This document shows positions 21,135-30,797 of a stretch of DNA of 32,000 nucleotides, in pieces. The notes under the pieces are model-generated. The model saw nothing but the letters and a program-made list of their open reading frames with translations, made no database searches and was not told the origin of the DNA. The stretch's first letter is position 1. Every line of letters begins with the position of its first letter. This stretch comes from Mammaliicoccus vitulinus. GTDB lineage: Bacteria > Bacillota > Bacilli > Staphylococcales > Staphylococcaceae. A program made the position numbers and the translations under genes. The stretch is from NCBI RefSeq assembly GCF_029024305.1, contig NZ_CP118974.1, positions 1,611,069 through 1,643,068 on the forward strand. The letters are read 5' to 3'.

Positions 21135-22331
21135 TCAACTACTATTATCAATTGAAAATTTTATATCTTTATCAACAATCGCATGTCTTTTTGACCATTC
21201 TATTAAAACCTCCGGGTATACTACTTCATCTTTAATTACTTTATTCATGTTCGCGATTGGAAACGTTAATACAAATCTCTGGTCAATCACTTCTTCTACT
21301 AAATTAAAAAATGATAGATTACCTTTAGTTGGACGTCCTACAAGATTAACGATTCCCGAATTTGCTACTTTATAAACGAGCCATTCAGCAGCATTTTCAG
21401 TATCTTTATCAATTAATACCGTTATATTTTCAAAGCGACTAAGACCGATAAAATCGATTTTATTTTCATCAAAATATTTCCAGTCGCCATATGGTTGATC
21501 AATTAAATTCTGATAGAATGCTTGCTCATTCATTTCTTCACATTGTTTAAACAAGCGTTCTAATTTATGCTTGTACAATGATTTATGACGCTCATGTTCA
21601 ATTACAACATGCGTATCACGTGTCTGTATACATTCTTGAGTACCGATTTCATAAAAATAAGGCATCAGAAATTCTGCAATACTTAGTTTATCAAATTTTG
21701 CACCTCTAAAATCAAATGTTATTTTCTTTGATTCATGTTGAACTTTAGATAAATGATATAAAGCTTCAACAGCTTGTTCAAACGTAATATTGCCTACGAA
21801 TTCTACAATAGGAACACCATCTCTCGTATATACATTCACAATATGATCAGAATTCAACGGATATTTTTTTAATTCAAAATGGTAATTTTGATTCCCTCTC
21901 TTAACATCTACTTCATTTTGAAAGGTCAAAATATGCCCCCACTCTTCACGATGGTATGGCTCATCTCCTAATAAACGGTTATATCGTTTCCTGCAAAAAG
22001 CAATAGGATCTCCTGATAAAGCTACAATTTCATCACCCACAACAAAACGAATATCATCCAATACTTCCGTTACGACTAAAGCATCTTTAGTCGCTCTTAC
22101 TTTAATACCAACTTGTTGTGCAAGTTCTTTTAAAGATTTTATATTTGTATTTAATAACCCAACTTCATAGAAATAATTGTTCATCACTTCAATAAACACT
22201 TGATCAGTTAATTGGGGTGAGGTAAAGATATTCTTATATTCATTATAGATACGATACTGCTCATCTACATTATCAATAGCATGTTCAATCTGTTTATGGA
22301 CATATTCATATAAAGACACATATGGAAGCAT
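21135..22331 (-). CDS. S41 (C-terminal processing peptidase)-like protein, cytoplasmic, probably catalytically degenerate
   Basis: PDZ-like VVGDEIVALSGDPI, ITFDFRGAKFDKLSIAEFLMPYF and ENITVLIDKDTENAAEWLVYKVANSGIVNLVGRPTKG resemble the S41 core. No signal peptide. RBS GAGGTGAG upstream. Confidence 0.6.
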   Translation of the reverse strand: MLPYVSLYEYVHKQIEHAIDNVDEQYRIYNEYKNIFTSPQLTDQVFIEVMNNYFYEVGLLNTNIKSLKELAQQVGIKVRATKDALVVTEVLDDIRFVVGDEIVALSGDPIAFCRKRYNRLLGDEPYHREEWGHILTFQNEVDVKRGNQNYHFELKKYPLNSDHIVNVYTRDGVPIVEFVGNITFEQAVEALYHLSKVQHESKKITFDFRGAKFDKLSIAEFLMPYFYEIGTQECIQTRDTHVVIEHERHKSLYKHKLERLFKQCEEMNEQAFYQNLIDQPYGDWKYFDENKIDFIGLSRFENITVLIDKDTENAAEWLVYKVANSGIVNLVGRPTKGNLSFFNLVEEVIDQRFVLTFPIANMNKVIKDEVVYPEVLIEWSKRHAIVDKDIKFSIDNSS

Positions 22332-22357
22332 ATACTCACCTCGTATTCATTTCCTAA

Positions 22358-22386
22358 ATTTTACTAATAACAGCCTATTAAATCAA
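22358..22386 (-). promoter_or_regulatory. Promoter-like sequence for the S41-like/P450 gene pair
   Basis: Minus strand TTGATT-N17-TAAAAT between the prkC terminator and the S41-like start codon. Confidence 0.45.
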
Positions 22387-22411
22387 CAAAAGTTATAAAA
22401 AATATAAAAAA

Positions 22412-22450
22412 AACACCCAATCCGAAAATGATTCCAACGGATTGGGTGTT
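22412..22450. terminator. Terminator downstream of prkC
   Basis: AACACCCAATCCG / CGGATTGGGTGTT, 13-bp perfect stem with an A-run/T-run on both sides. Confidence 0.9.
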
Positions 22451-22492
22451 TTATTTTATATTGGGATTTATGTCGCAAACTCTTTAAATTCA

Positions 22493-24484
22493 TTAAAAAT
22501 CATCGTAATCAATTGTATTACTTTCTATTTCTTTACCGTCTACTTCTACAAGATATTCGGCTGATTTCCCTTTTGGAATCGTGAAATTAATACTTCTTGT
22601 TGTATCTTTTTTAATCGTAAATGAATCTGATACATCTTTAATATCATTAGATTTATCTTTTACGAATATTTCTACTTTTTGACCCTTTTTCTCATCTGAG
22701 CCTGTAAATGGTATATAAACAGATTGTGTGTAAGTTTTATCTCTTATACTATCGTTATCATCGTCGGACTTATCCTTCGATTTATCTTTATCTGTTTTAG
22801 ACGCTTTGCCTTTAGAAACATCAAAATAAATAGTTGATTCTATTGGCAATTGATCATTTTTGTATGACTGTTTCACAATTGTATCTGCTGGTTCGTCACT
22901 ATCGACATCTTTAGTTTCAACTTTAAAGCCTAATGATTCTAGTTCAGAGGTTGCTGTGCTAATGTCCTCACCAGTGTAATCTTTTACATACTCTTGTTGA
23001 ACACCTATTGATTTCGTTAATATAATCATTGTATCTTTAGGTACAACCTTACTGCCGGGCTCTATATTTTGGTTAATAATTGTCCCGTTCTCTGCTTTAT
23101 CATATTGTTCTTTAATACGAACAGCTTCAAAACCTTGATTTTCTAACTGCTTTTTAGTTTTGTCAGCAGTTTTACCTACATAATCTTCTACTGTAAACGT
23201 CTTAACACCTTTAGAAATGACTAAGTCTACTTTAGACATTTCTTTTACTTTCGCACCAACTTTAGGCGTAACTTTCATGACTTCGCCTTCTTTGAAATTA
23301 TTACTAAAAGCTTCGGTGATTTCACCTTTGCGCAATCCTTTTTCATCTAATATTGCGGTTGCTTCACCTCTAGATTTACCTAACAAGTTTGGCACATCTT
23401 CGTATTTTGGTGCAGTTATTGCAAATCCTATTGCACCGACCAACATACACATTAAAAGGATAGGTATAAAGACAATCAACCATTTATTCCTTTTACGCTT
23501 AGGTTTTTCGTTTCCATGCTGTACGTTGCTATTCGTTGCACTTTGACTAGCTACAGCTGCTGCAACTGGTACTGTTTTAGTTTGGTCTTCTGTTTCATTT
23601 GCATTAACAATGGGAATCGCCTTAGTTTCAGAACTTGTATCATATCTCGGCGTTTCATCTTTTCGTTCTTCATCTAACGCAGTTAGAAGATCATAGTACA
23701 TTTCATTTGTATCACGATATCTCAATGTCTTTTCTTTTTGTGTTGCTTTCATGATGACATTTTCTATACTTTGAGGTATAGATGGTCTTTCTTTTCTAAT
23801 AGATGGAAGTTCTTCTTGAATATGTTTAATAGCAACACTAACTGGCGTTTCTCCATTGAATGGTGGATGACCTGTTAACAGCTCAAATAACACAATACCT
23901 ATTGAGTATATATCTGAAGATTCATCTGTAGATTGACCTTTAGCTTGTTCAGGCGACAAATATTGAACTGACCCCATTACATGGTTCGTTTCCGTCAATG
24001 CCGTTTCACTTAAAGCTCTCGCAATACCAAAGTCTAATATTTTTAACGTATCGTTTTTAGTCATTAAAATATTTTGAGGTTTAATATCTCTATGAATAAT
24101 TCTATGATGATGTGCGTGTCCGATGCCTTTTAATATTTGAAGCGTCATTTCAACTGCTTCTTCAGCTGATAATTTACCTTCTTTACATAAATACTCCTTT
24201 AAAGTAGGACCATCTATATATTCCATCACGAGGTAATAACAATTATCATCCTCTTCAACATCTAACACATTTACGATATTGCTATGACTTAAAATAGTTG
24301 TATTTTGAACTTCTCTTTCAAAACGTTCAACTGCTTTTTCTTTTTCATATGGCGGTATATTGATGACTTTAATTGCTACGTCGCGATTTAAGATATTATC
24401 TTTCGCTAAATAGACATTACTCATTCCACCGCCACCTAAATATCTCACAAATTCATAGCGTCCGGCGATTATGCGACCTATCAT
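22493..24484 (-). CDS. prkC: Serine/threonine protein kinase with PASTA repeats (PrkC/Stk1)
   Basis: GGGGMSNVYLAKD, IIHRDIKPQNILM and DFGIARAL kinase motifs, a transmembrane segment and several PASTA domains. Confidence 0.96.
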   Translation of the reverse strand: MIGRIIAGRYEFVRYLGGGGMSNVYLAKDNILNRDVAIKVINIPPYEKEKAVERFEREVQNTTILSHSNIVNVLDVEEDDNCYYLVMEYIDGPTLKEYLCKEGKLSAEEAVEMTLQILKGIGHAHHHRIIHRDIKPQNILMTKNDTLKILDFGIARALSETALTETNHVMGSVQYLSPEQAKGQSTDESSDIYSIGIVLFELLTGHPPFNGETPVSVAIKHIQEELPSIRKERPSIPQSIENVIMKATQKEKTLRYRDTNEMYYDLLTALDEERKDETPRYDTSSETKAIPIVNANETEDQTKTVPVAAAVASQSATNSNVQHGNEKPKRKRNKWLIVFIPILLMCMLVGAIGFAITAPKYEDVPNLLGKSRGEATAILDEKGLRKGEITEAFSNNFKEGEVMKVTPKVGAKVKEMSKVDLVISKGVKTFTVEDYVGKTADKTKKQLENQGFEAVRIKEQYDKAENGTIINQNIEPGSKVVPKDTMIILTKSIGVQQEYVKDYTGEDISTATSELESLGFKVETKDVDSDEPADTIVKQSYKNDQLPIESTIYFDVSKGKASKTDKDKSKDKSDDDNDSIRDKTYTQSVYIPFTGSDEKKGQKVEIFVKDKSNDIKDVSDSFTIKKDTTRSINFTIPKGKSAEYLVEVDGKEIESNTIDYDDF

Positions 24485-25224
24485 ATTTTCCCACCTTCAA
24501 ATGGGCATAATACTAACGAAATATTATCTTTACCTTCAGCTTCAATCGTTTCTTCTATAAGCGTTTCACCTATATCATCCGTTGAACCTTTATGTGACAT
24601 AATAATTTGTTGTACATCTTCTTCATGTAAATAGTCTGTTAATCCGTCAGAATTTAATAAAAGATAGTCATAAAATTTAGTATTATAATAAAAAACATCT
24701 GGTTTTACGCGTTTATCTGTACCCATTACTTTCGTTATAATATTTCTTTGAGGATGTGTAAAAGCCTCTTCTTTTGTAATTTCTCCAATCGTAACAAGAT
24801 GATTAACAAATGTATGATCATTTGTTAATTGCATCATTTCACGACTATTAACCAAGTAAGCACGTGAATCACCTATATTAGCCACAACGATATCTTTTTC
24901 GTAAACTAATACACAAACACAAGTTGTGCCCATGCCTTTGTATGCTTCGTTGTCCATAGACTCGTTATATAATTGTCTATTAATATCAGCAAGGTTGGAT
25001 TTTAACCAATTTTCTGCATGATCATATTCAATATAATTTTCCTCTTCGAATCTATCTTTAAGTGAATTATTCACAAATTGACTTGCAACTTCACCTGCAG
25101 CGTGTCCACCCATACCATCACAAATCACTAATAATACTTGTCCAGTTTGGTTAGTATAAATACCACCTGCATCTTCATTTTGTTCTCGAAATTGACCGAC
25201 ATCTGTAAAAAAACGTGCTTCCAT
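24481..25224 (-). CDS. stp: PP2C-family serine/threonine phosphatase
   Basis: QNEDAGG, ICDGMGGHAAGEVAS, NIGDSRAYL and DGLTDY motifs. Overlaps prkC. Confidence 0.94.
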   Translation of the reverse strand: MEARFFTDVGQFREQNEDAGGIYTNQTGQVLLVICDGMGGHAAGEVASQFVNNSLKDRFEEENYIEYDHAENWLKSNLADINRQLYNESMDNEAYKGMGTTCVCVLVYEKDIVVANIGDSRAYLVNSREMMQLTNDHTFVNHLVTIGEITKEEAFTHPQRNIITKVMGTDKRVKPDVFYYNTKFYDYLLLNSDGLTDYLHEEDVQQIIMSHKGSTDDIGETLIEETIEAEGKDNISLVLCPFEGGKI

Positions 25225-25230
25225 GATTTC

Positions 25231-26322
25231 TTACCTCGTTTCTTCTTTTCGCTCTTTTGCTCTTAGTTGTCCACATGCAGCATCAATATCTGCACCTTGA
25301 TTACGTCTTATTGTAGCATTTATGCCATTTCTTTTTAATTCTTTTTCGAATTTAAAGATATCTTCTTTTGGCGTTTTAACATAGTCACGTTCTGGTACGT
25401 GGTTAACTGGAATTAAGTTAACGTGACAATTTAAATGTTTGATTAATTTAGCTAATGCTTTCGCGTGATGCACTTGGTCGTTCACGCCACCAAATAAACC
25501 ATATTCAAAAGTGATTCTTCTGTTAGTTTTGTTGACATAATATTCTATAGCTTCCATTAATTTATCTAAATCATACGCTCTATTAATTGGCATTAATCTT
25601 GAACGTGTTTCATTATCTGCAGCATGTAAGCTCAATGCAAAATTAATCTGAAGTGATTCATCAGCGAAATCGTAAATTTTAGGAATAATACCTGATGTAG
25701 ATACTGTAATATGACGTGCGCCAATATTCAACCCTTTATCATGATTGATAATCTTTAAGAAGCCCATCATTTCGTCATAATTTTCAAATGGCTCACCAAT
25801 ACCCATAATAACTACTTGACTTACACGTTCATCTGTTTCATCTAAAGCTTTTTGAACCGTTAATACTTGTGCAACAATTTCTCCTGCTTCAAGGTTACGT
25901 TTCAATCCTCCAATAGAAGATGCACAGAATGTACATCCAATTCTACAGCCTACTTGTGTTGTAACACATACTGAATTTCCGTATTCATGTCTCATTAAAA
26001 CAGTTTCAATTGTATATCCATCTTGTAGTTCAAATAAGAATTTAATTGTACCGTCTTTACTTTCTTGTTTAACTGCTACTTCTAACGTCGTAATTTCAAA
26101 TGAATTAACGAGTTTATCTCTTAATTCTTTTGATAAGTTAGTCATCTCACTAAAAGCATTTACTCTTTTAACGTATAACCAATCAAAAATTTGTTTAGCT
26201 CTAAATTTCGGTTCTAATTGTTCAATTAACCAATCTTCTAATTCTCCTAATTCTAAAGAGTATATAGAAGGTCTTTCGAAGTTTGGCATAAACTTATTGC
26301 GTTTTTTCTGTATCGCTGGCAT
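25231..26322 (-). CDS. rlmN: 23S rRNA (adenine2503-C2)-methyltransferase
   Basis: [12 protein letters not shown] radical-SAM motif, [22 protein letters not shown]. The start at ATG 26322 is downstream of SD AAAGGAAAG; the 41-aa N-extension in the track overlaps rsmB. Confidence 0.95.
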   Translation of the reverse strand: MPAIQKKRNKFMPNFERPSIYSLELGELEDWLIEQLEPKFRAKQIFDWLYVKRVNAFSEMTNLSKELRDKLVNSFEITTLEVAVKQESKDGTIKFLFELQDGYTIETVLMRHEYGNSVCVTTQVGCRIGCTFCASSIGGLKRNLEAGEIVAQVLTVQKALDETDERVSQVVIMGIGEPFENYDEMMGFLKIINHDKGLNIGARHITVSTSGIIPKIYDFADESLQINFALSLHAADNETRSRLMPINRAYDLDKLMEAIEYYVNKTNRRITFEYGLFGGVNDQVHHAKALAKLIKHLNCHVNLIPVNHVPERDYVKTPKEDIFKFEKELKRNGINATIRRNQGADIDAACGQLRAKERKEETR

Positions 26323-26323
26323 A

Positions 26324-27634
26324 TTATCTTTCCTTTCGCTTAATTTTAGTAATAAAGAAACCGTCTGAATTATAATCTTGTGGTAATAATTGTAATGTTT
26401 TTGTCTCTTGATTGGTTCTTGGATCATTAAATAGAGCAAACTCAAATTCCGGATTTGCTTTTAAGAATGAGTAAACGACATTTTCATTTTCCATTTGTTC
26501 AATCGTACATGTTGAGTAAACAAGCTCGCCACCCGGTGCTACCGATTTACTTGCATTTTCCAAAATTTTCAATTGTAAATGCCATAAAGATTCTACGTCT
26601 TTAGCCGTTTTGTCGTATTTTATTTCTGGCTTTCTTCTCATAACACCGAATCCACTACAAGGCGCATCAACAAGTACATAATCATATGTTTTATCAAAAG
26701 GTTGTGTTGCGTCATGAACATCTGTTGTAACATTATTCAATCTTAATTTTTTTATATTAAAATCAATTAAATCAATTTTATGTGGGTAAATATCATAAGC
26801 ATCAACTTGACCAGTTTGATTCATCATTTCTGCTATATGACAAGTCTTCCCACCTGGAGCACTACATGTATCTAATACAGTACTGTTTTCTTTCGGATTT
26901 AAAATTTCTGCTACAAACATTGAACTCTTATCTTGGACGGATAATAATCCATCTTTGAATAATCGATCATTGACGATTGGTTCACCTTTAATGTGTAAAC
27001 ATCTTTCGATATCTTTATCCATTTGGACAGTATAACCATTACTTTCTAATCTTTCAACTGCATCGTCAATCGATATTCTTGTCGTGTTCACTCTAACAGT
27101 CGTATCAGGTGGTGTTAAGCTTAATAAACACATTTCTCTCGTTTTCTCATAACCAAAGTGTGTAATCCAATGTTTTGTTAACCATAATGGTACACTTCCT
27201 TCGATAGATAATTTTTTATCATCGTGCTTAATCTCATCTAAAGTTCTGAGTGGAGATGACATGAAGTTTCTAAGTATTGCATTAATTGCTTTACTGTTAT
27301 GCAAGTCACCACGGTCTTTTGCAATATTAACCGCTTCGTTAATGATTGCATGATTAGGTACTTTATCTAAATACACAAATTGGTATGCGCTCATAATTAA
27401 TAAACGTTTCATCCAACCTTTTAACTGTGTTTGAATAAAAGGTTCTATTAAGTATTCTAAAGTGATTTTTCTTTGTAACGTACCATATACTAGTTCAGTT
27501 AATAACCCAACATCTTTTTTAGAAATAGCTTCATTTTTAATCGCTTCATTAAGTTGTAGATTACTATATGCCTCGCCTGTCAGCACATCATCTAGTATCG
27601 TTAATGCAACATATCTTACATTAAATTTCATCAT
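26324..27634 (-). CDS. rsmB: 16S rRNA (cytosine967-C5)-methyltransferase
   Basis: NusB-like N-terminus, [27 protein letters not shown]. Confidence 0.94.
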   Translation of the reverse strand: MMKFNVRYVALTILDDVLTGEAYSNLQLNEAIKNEAISKKDVGLLTELVYGTLQRKITLEYLIEPFIQTQLKGWMKRLLIMSAYQFVYLDKVPNHAIINEAVNIAKDRGDLHNSKAINAILRNFMSSPLRTLDEIKHDDKKLSIEGSVPLWLTKHWITHFGYEKTREMCLLSLTPPDTTVRVNTTRISIDDAVERLESNGYTVQMDKDIERCLHIKGEPIVNDRLFKDGLLSVQDKSSMFVAEILNPKENSTVLDTCSAPGGKTCHIAEMMNQTGQVDAYDIYPHKIDLIDFNIKKLRLNNVTTDVHDATQPFDKTYDYVLVDAPCSGFGVMRRKPEIKYDKTAKDVESLWHLQLKILENASKSVAPGGELVYSTCTIEQMENENVVYSFLKANPEFEFALFNDPRTNQETKTLQLLPQDYNSDGFFITKIKRKER

Positions 27635-28563
27635 ATTAATTTAGTCCCATCAATTTTTGATTGCAATCCGCTTAAATAATCACGTGATTTAACACGTTTT
27701 TTACCAGCTAATTGTATTTCAGTTAAAGCAACGCCATCTTCAGATCCAGTCGCAACAATAATCAATTCTTTTGTCGTTTCTACAATTTCTCCAGGTTCGC
27801 CTTTAACATTTTCAACGATTTCGCTTCTCCACAATTTCAAGTTCTTATCATTCATTGTTGTATAAGCAACCGGCCATGGAGATAATCCTCTTATATGATT
27901 GTGAATAGATTGTGCATCTTTAGTCCAATCAATTCTTTCATCTTCTCTTGAAATATTAGAAGCAAAACTTACTAAAGATTCATCTTGAGGTATGCTTTCG
28001 TTTGTTCCATTAAAAATAGTAGGTAAAGTTCGTTTCAATAACTCTGTACCAAGTACTGCTAGTTGATCATGAACATCTCCTACTGTATCGTTCTCTTTAA
28101 TATCAATCTCGTCTTGACTAATAATGTTACCGGCATCTAACTTTTCTGCCATATACATAATTGTGACACCTGTTTTCTTTTCGCCATTCATCACTGCATA
28201 ATGAATCGGTGCACCACCTCTATATCGAGGTAGTAAAGAAGCATGTACGTTGACCGCTTTATATTTCGGCGCATCAAGTAATGACTTAGGCAACAATTGG
28301 CCAAACGCAGCAGTTACAATTAAATCAGGTTTCAAATTAATAATTTCTTCTAATTCAGAAGAGTGATTTAATTTTTCAGGTTGATAAACTGGGATATCAT
28401 GTTTAATCGCTACTTCTTTTACAGGAGGAGGCGTCAAGACTTTCTTTCTGCCTACAGGACGATCTGGTTGAGTAACAACAGCAATGACATCATGCTCTTC
28501 GATAAGCATTTCTAAAACACCTGTAGAAAAATCAGGCGTACCCATAAATACAATCTTACTCAT
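27631..28563 (-). CDS. fmt: Methionyl-tRNA formyltransferase
   Basis: [32 protein letters not shown]. Confidence 0.96.
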   Translation of the reverse strand: MSKIVFMGTPDFSTGVLEMLIEEHDVIAVVTQPDRPVGRKKVLTPPPVKEVAIKHDIPVYQPEKLNHSSELEEIINLKPDLIVTAAFGQLLPKSLLDAPKYKAVNVHASLLPRYRGGAPIHYAVMNGEKKTGVTIMYMAEKLDAGNIISQDEIDIKENDTVGDVHDQLAVLGTELLKRTLPTIFNGTNESIPQDESLVSFASNISREDERIDWTKDAQSIHNHIRGLSPWPVAYTTMNDKNLKLWRSEIVENVKGEPGEIVETTKELIIVATGSEDGVALTEIQLAGKKRVKSRDYLSGLQSKIDGTKLI

Positions 28564-29044
28564 CCTTATACATCTCCTCTAGTTCGTCTTCACTAATTTC
28601 TCTCGTCATTTTGTCAGTAAACAACTCACCGTATAGATGATCAACCTCATGTAAAATGATTCTAGCAACGTCATCATATGCCGTTAGTTCAACTTCATTA
28701 CCATTTAAATCGTTACTACTCACAACAATCATCTTACTTCTATTAACTTCTCCAAATACACCCGGAACACTCAAGCAACCCTCAACGTCCGCTTCAATTT
28801 CCTCAGATTGGGAAACAATCGTTGGATTGATAAGCTGCAAAATACCCTCTTGCTCCATATCAACAATCGCAACTTTAAGATCAACACCAATTTGAGGTGC
28901 TGCAATGCCGACACCATCATTTTCATACATTGTGTCTTCTAAATCAGAAATCAACGCTTTCAGTGATTCATCAAAAGTAACAACATCTTTAACTTCTCTA
29001 TTTAACATTGGATTTGGTACCGTAACAAGTGGTTTTACAGCCAT
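28556..29044 (-). CDS. def: Peptide deformylase
   Basis: [19 protein letters not shown] and HEVDH motifs all present. Overlaps fmt. Confidence 0.94.
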   Translation of the reverse strand: MAVKPLVTVPNPMLNREVKDVVTFDESLKALISDLEDTMYENDGVGIAAPQIGVDLKVAIVDMEQEGILQLINPTIVSQSEEIEADVEGCLSVPGVFGEVNRSKMIVVSSNDLNGNEVELTAYDDVARIILHEVDHLYGELFTDKMTREISEDELEEMYKDE

Positions 29045-29097
29045 ATCTATCGCTCCTTTTTAAAAACTCATCGTATAATTATAACGTAAATCAATAT

Positions 29098-29135
29098 AAA
29101 AAGCGACAGAGAATATTTATCATCCGTCGCTTTTT
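29098..29135. terminator. Hairpin terminator upstream of def, in the def-NERD gap
   Basis: AAAAAGCGAC / GTCGCTTTTT, 10-bp stem, bidirectional composition. Confidence 0.65.
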
Positions 29136-29353
29136 ATATAAGGTTAATTTTTAGTTCTATATAATAATGCATTTGCTCATATATTAATAACCTTCATTTT
29201 TTCAATGAACATCACACCTTTGACGTGAGGCCTATCTATAAATAAAAATTCCTAATTCAAAATGGTGATTCATTCTAGAAATAGATTATTGAATATTATA
29301 AAATCTATTTAGAATTACATATCATTCAAAACCAACATAGAAAGGACCACCAT

Positions 29354-30241
29354 ATGAAATCAAATGAATATATTGATTATATAACTGCTCTTGAAGGAAG
29401 AAGAATATTAAGTAAAGATGAAAGAACTGACTTGATGACTCACTATAATGGCAAGGAAGGTGAAGCGTATTTCAAGGCATTTTTAAATACTTTAGAAAAC
29501 ATATCATATATACATTCATTCGAGTTTGGTACAACGAACCATGTACAAATTGACTTTTTAGTTGCCACTCCTCATAAACTTTTTATTTTCGAAGTCAAAC
29601 ATTATAGAGATGAGTGGTACTTTGAAAATGGCACTTTAAAAAATAATTACGGTATAGTTACGAAATCTCCAATAACTCAAGTACAATATATGAAAAATGA
29701 GCTTCACAAATTATTACACGACTATGGCATCTTTTTAGAAATCGAATCCTTTATAGTTTTTACAAATCCCCAATTCATACCTGCTGGTAATTGGCCTCAT
29801 GATCAAAACATCCTATTCTTAAATCAGCTTAATAAAATAGTGGCAATATTATCATCTGAACTCCCTAATAATAACCACCAAATTTTAAACTTACTTTTAG
29901 AACATGAATCAAAGCATTCCACATATTATCAAAAAGACTTTTTAACTTACTATAATTTGAATTTAGCCGGATTAAAATGTCCTTGCTGTAGAAAAATGCA
30001 TACAATAAAAGTATTAGAACAAAAAGTACATTATAATTGCACATACTGTCATACAAGCATGACATGCGAAAAAATTGTATTATTCAATTTGAAAGAACTA
30101 TATATTTTGAAAAGAGATAGTTTCACTTTAGAAGAAGCAATAACATGGTGTAGCCCAATCAGTAAATACAGAATCGCTCGTGTTTGCAACAAGCACTTTA
30201 CATCTGGGACACGTAGAAATAGAAAGTTTTATTTAAAATAA
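29354..30241 (+). CDS. NERD (nuclease-related domain) protein with a C-terminal Cys-pair zinc-binding segment
   Basis: GKEGEAYF, VQIDFLVATPHKLFIFEVKHYRDEW (PD-(D/E)XK-type D...ExK), CPCC-x18-CTYC. RBS GAAAGGA upstream of ATG. Confidence 0.75.
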   Translation: MKSNEYIDYITALEGRRILSKDERTDLMTHYNGKEGEAYFKAFLNTLENISYIHSFEFGTTNHVQIDFLVATPHKLFIFEVKHYRDEWYFENGTLKNNYGIVTKSPITQVQYMKNELHKLLHDYGIFLEIESFIVFTNPQFIPAGNWPHDQNILFLNQLNKIVAILSSELPNNNHQILNLLLEHESKHSTYYQKDFLTYYNLNLAGLKCPCCRKMHTIKVLEQKVHYNCTYCHTSMTCEKIVLFNLKELYILKRDSFTLEEAITWCSPISKYRIARVCNKHFTSGTRRNRKFYLK

Positions 30242-30280
30242 CAGATACGACTTTTTCATAAGTATTTCGAGTCACTCCTG

Positions 30281-30790
30281 CTAATAACTGTAGCCTTATT
30301 TGCATTTGTTCCACTTTTTGCTAATAACCGCTGCCTTATTTGCACTTCTTCCTATTTTTGCTTCTAACGATAGCCTTATTTGCACTTCTTCCTATTTTTG
30401 CTTCTAACGATAGCCTTATTTGCACTTCTTCCAACTTTTGCTTCTAACACTAGCCTTATTTGCACTTCTTCCACATTTTGCTTCTAACGATAGCCTTATT
30501 TGCATTTGCTCCAACTTTTGCTTCTAACACTAGCCTTGTTTGCATTTGCTCTACTTTTTGCTTCTAACTGTAGCCTTATTTGCATTTGCTCCTACTTTTG
30601 CTTCTAACACTAGCCTTATTTGCACTTCTTCCACTTTCTGCTTCTAACGTTAGCCTTATTTGCATTTGCTCTACTTTTTGCTTCTAACTGTAGCCTTATT
30701 TGCATTTGCTCTACCTTTTGCTTCTAACGCTAGCCTTATTTGCACTTTTTCCTACTTTTGCTAATAACCGAATCCTTATTTGCACTTCTT
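30281..30790. repeat. Tandem array of about 13 units of a 40-bp non-coding repeat
   Basis: The phase-locked 40-bp unit cttctaacNNtagccttatttgca(c/t)tt(c/g)(t/c)tcc(n)acttttg is visible from 30281 to 30790 without gaps. Stops occur in all frames on both strands. The outermost units carry ctaataac instead of cttctaac. Confidence 0.96.
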
Positions 30791-30797
30791 TCCTACA

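Noticed and set aside
28556-29044. def as an inactivated deformylase paralog
   Set aside because: The metal-binding and catalytic motifs ([18 protein letters not shown]) are all present, so there is no sequence reason to call it inactive.
29865-30065. Minus-strand 66-aa ORF inside the NERD gene
   Set aside because: Embedded antisense ORF with no RBS or domain evidence. The plus-strand NERD reading is far better supported.
30281-30790. The 40-bp array as a CRISPR
   Set aside because: Units are contiguous and near-identical over the full 40 bp, with no unique spacers of constant length and no cas genes nearby.
30281-30790. The 40-bp array as a repetitive protein-coding region or an extension of priA or the NERD gene
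   Set aside because: 40 is not a multiple of 3, every unit contains TAA/TAG on both strands, and both flanking genes have clean stops outside the array.
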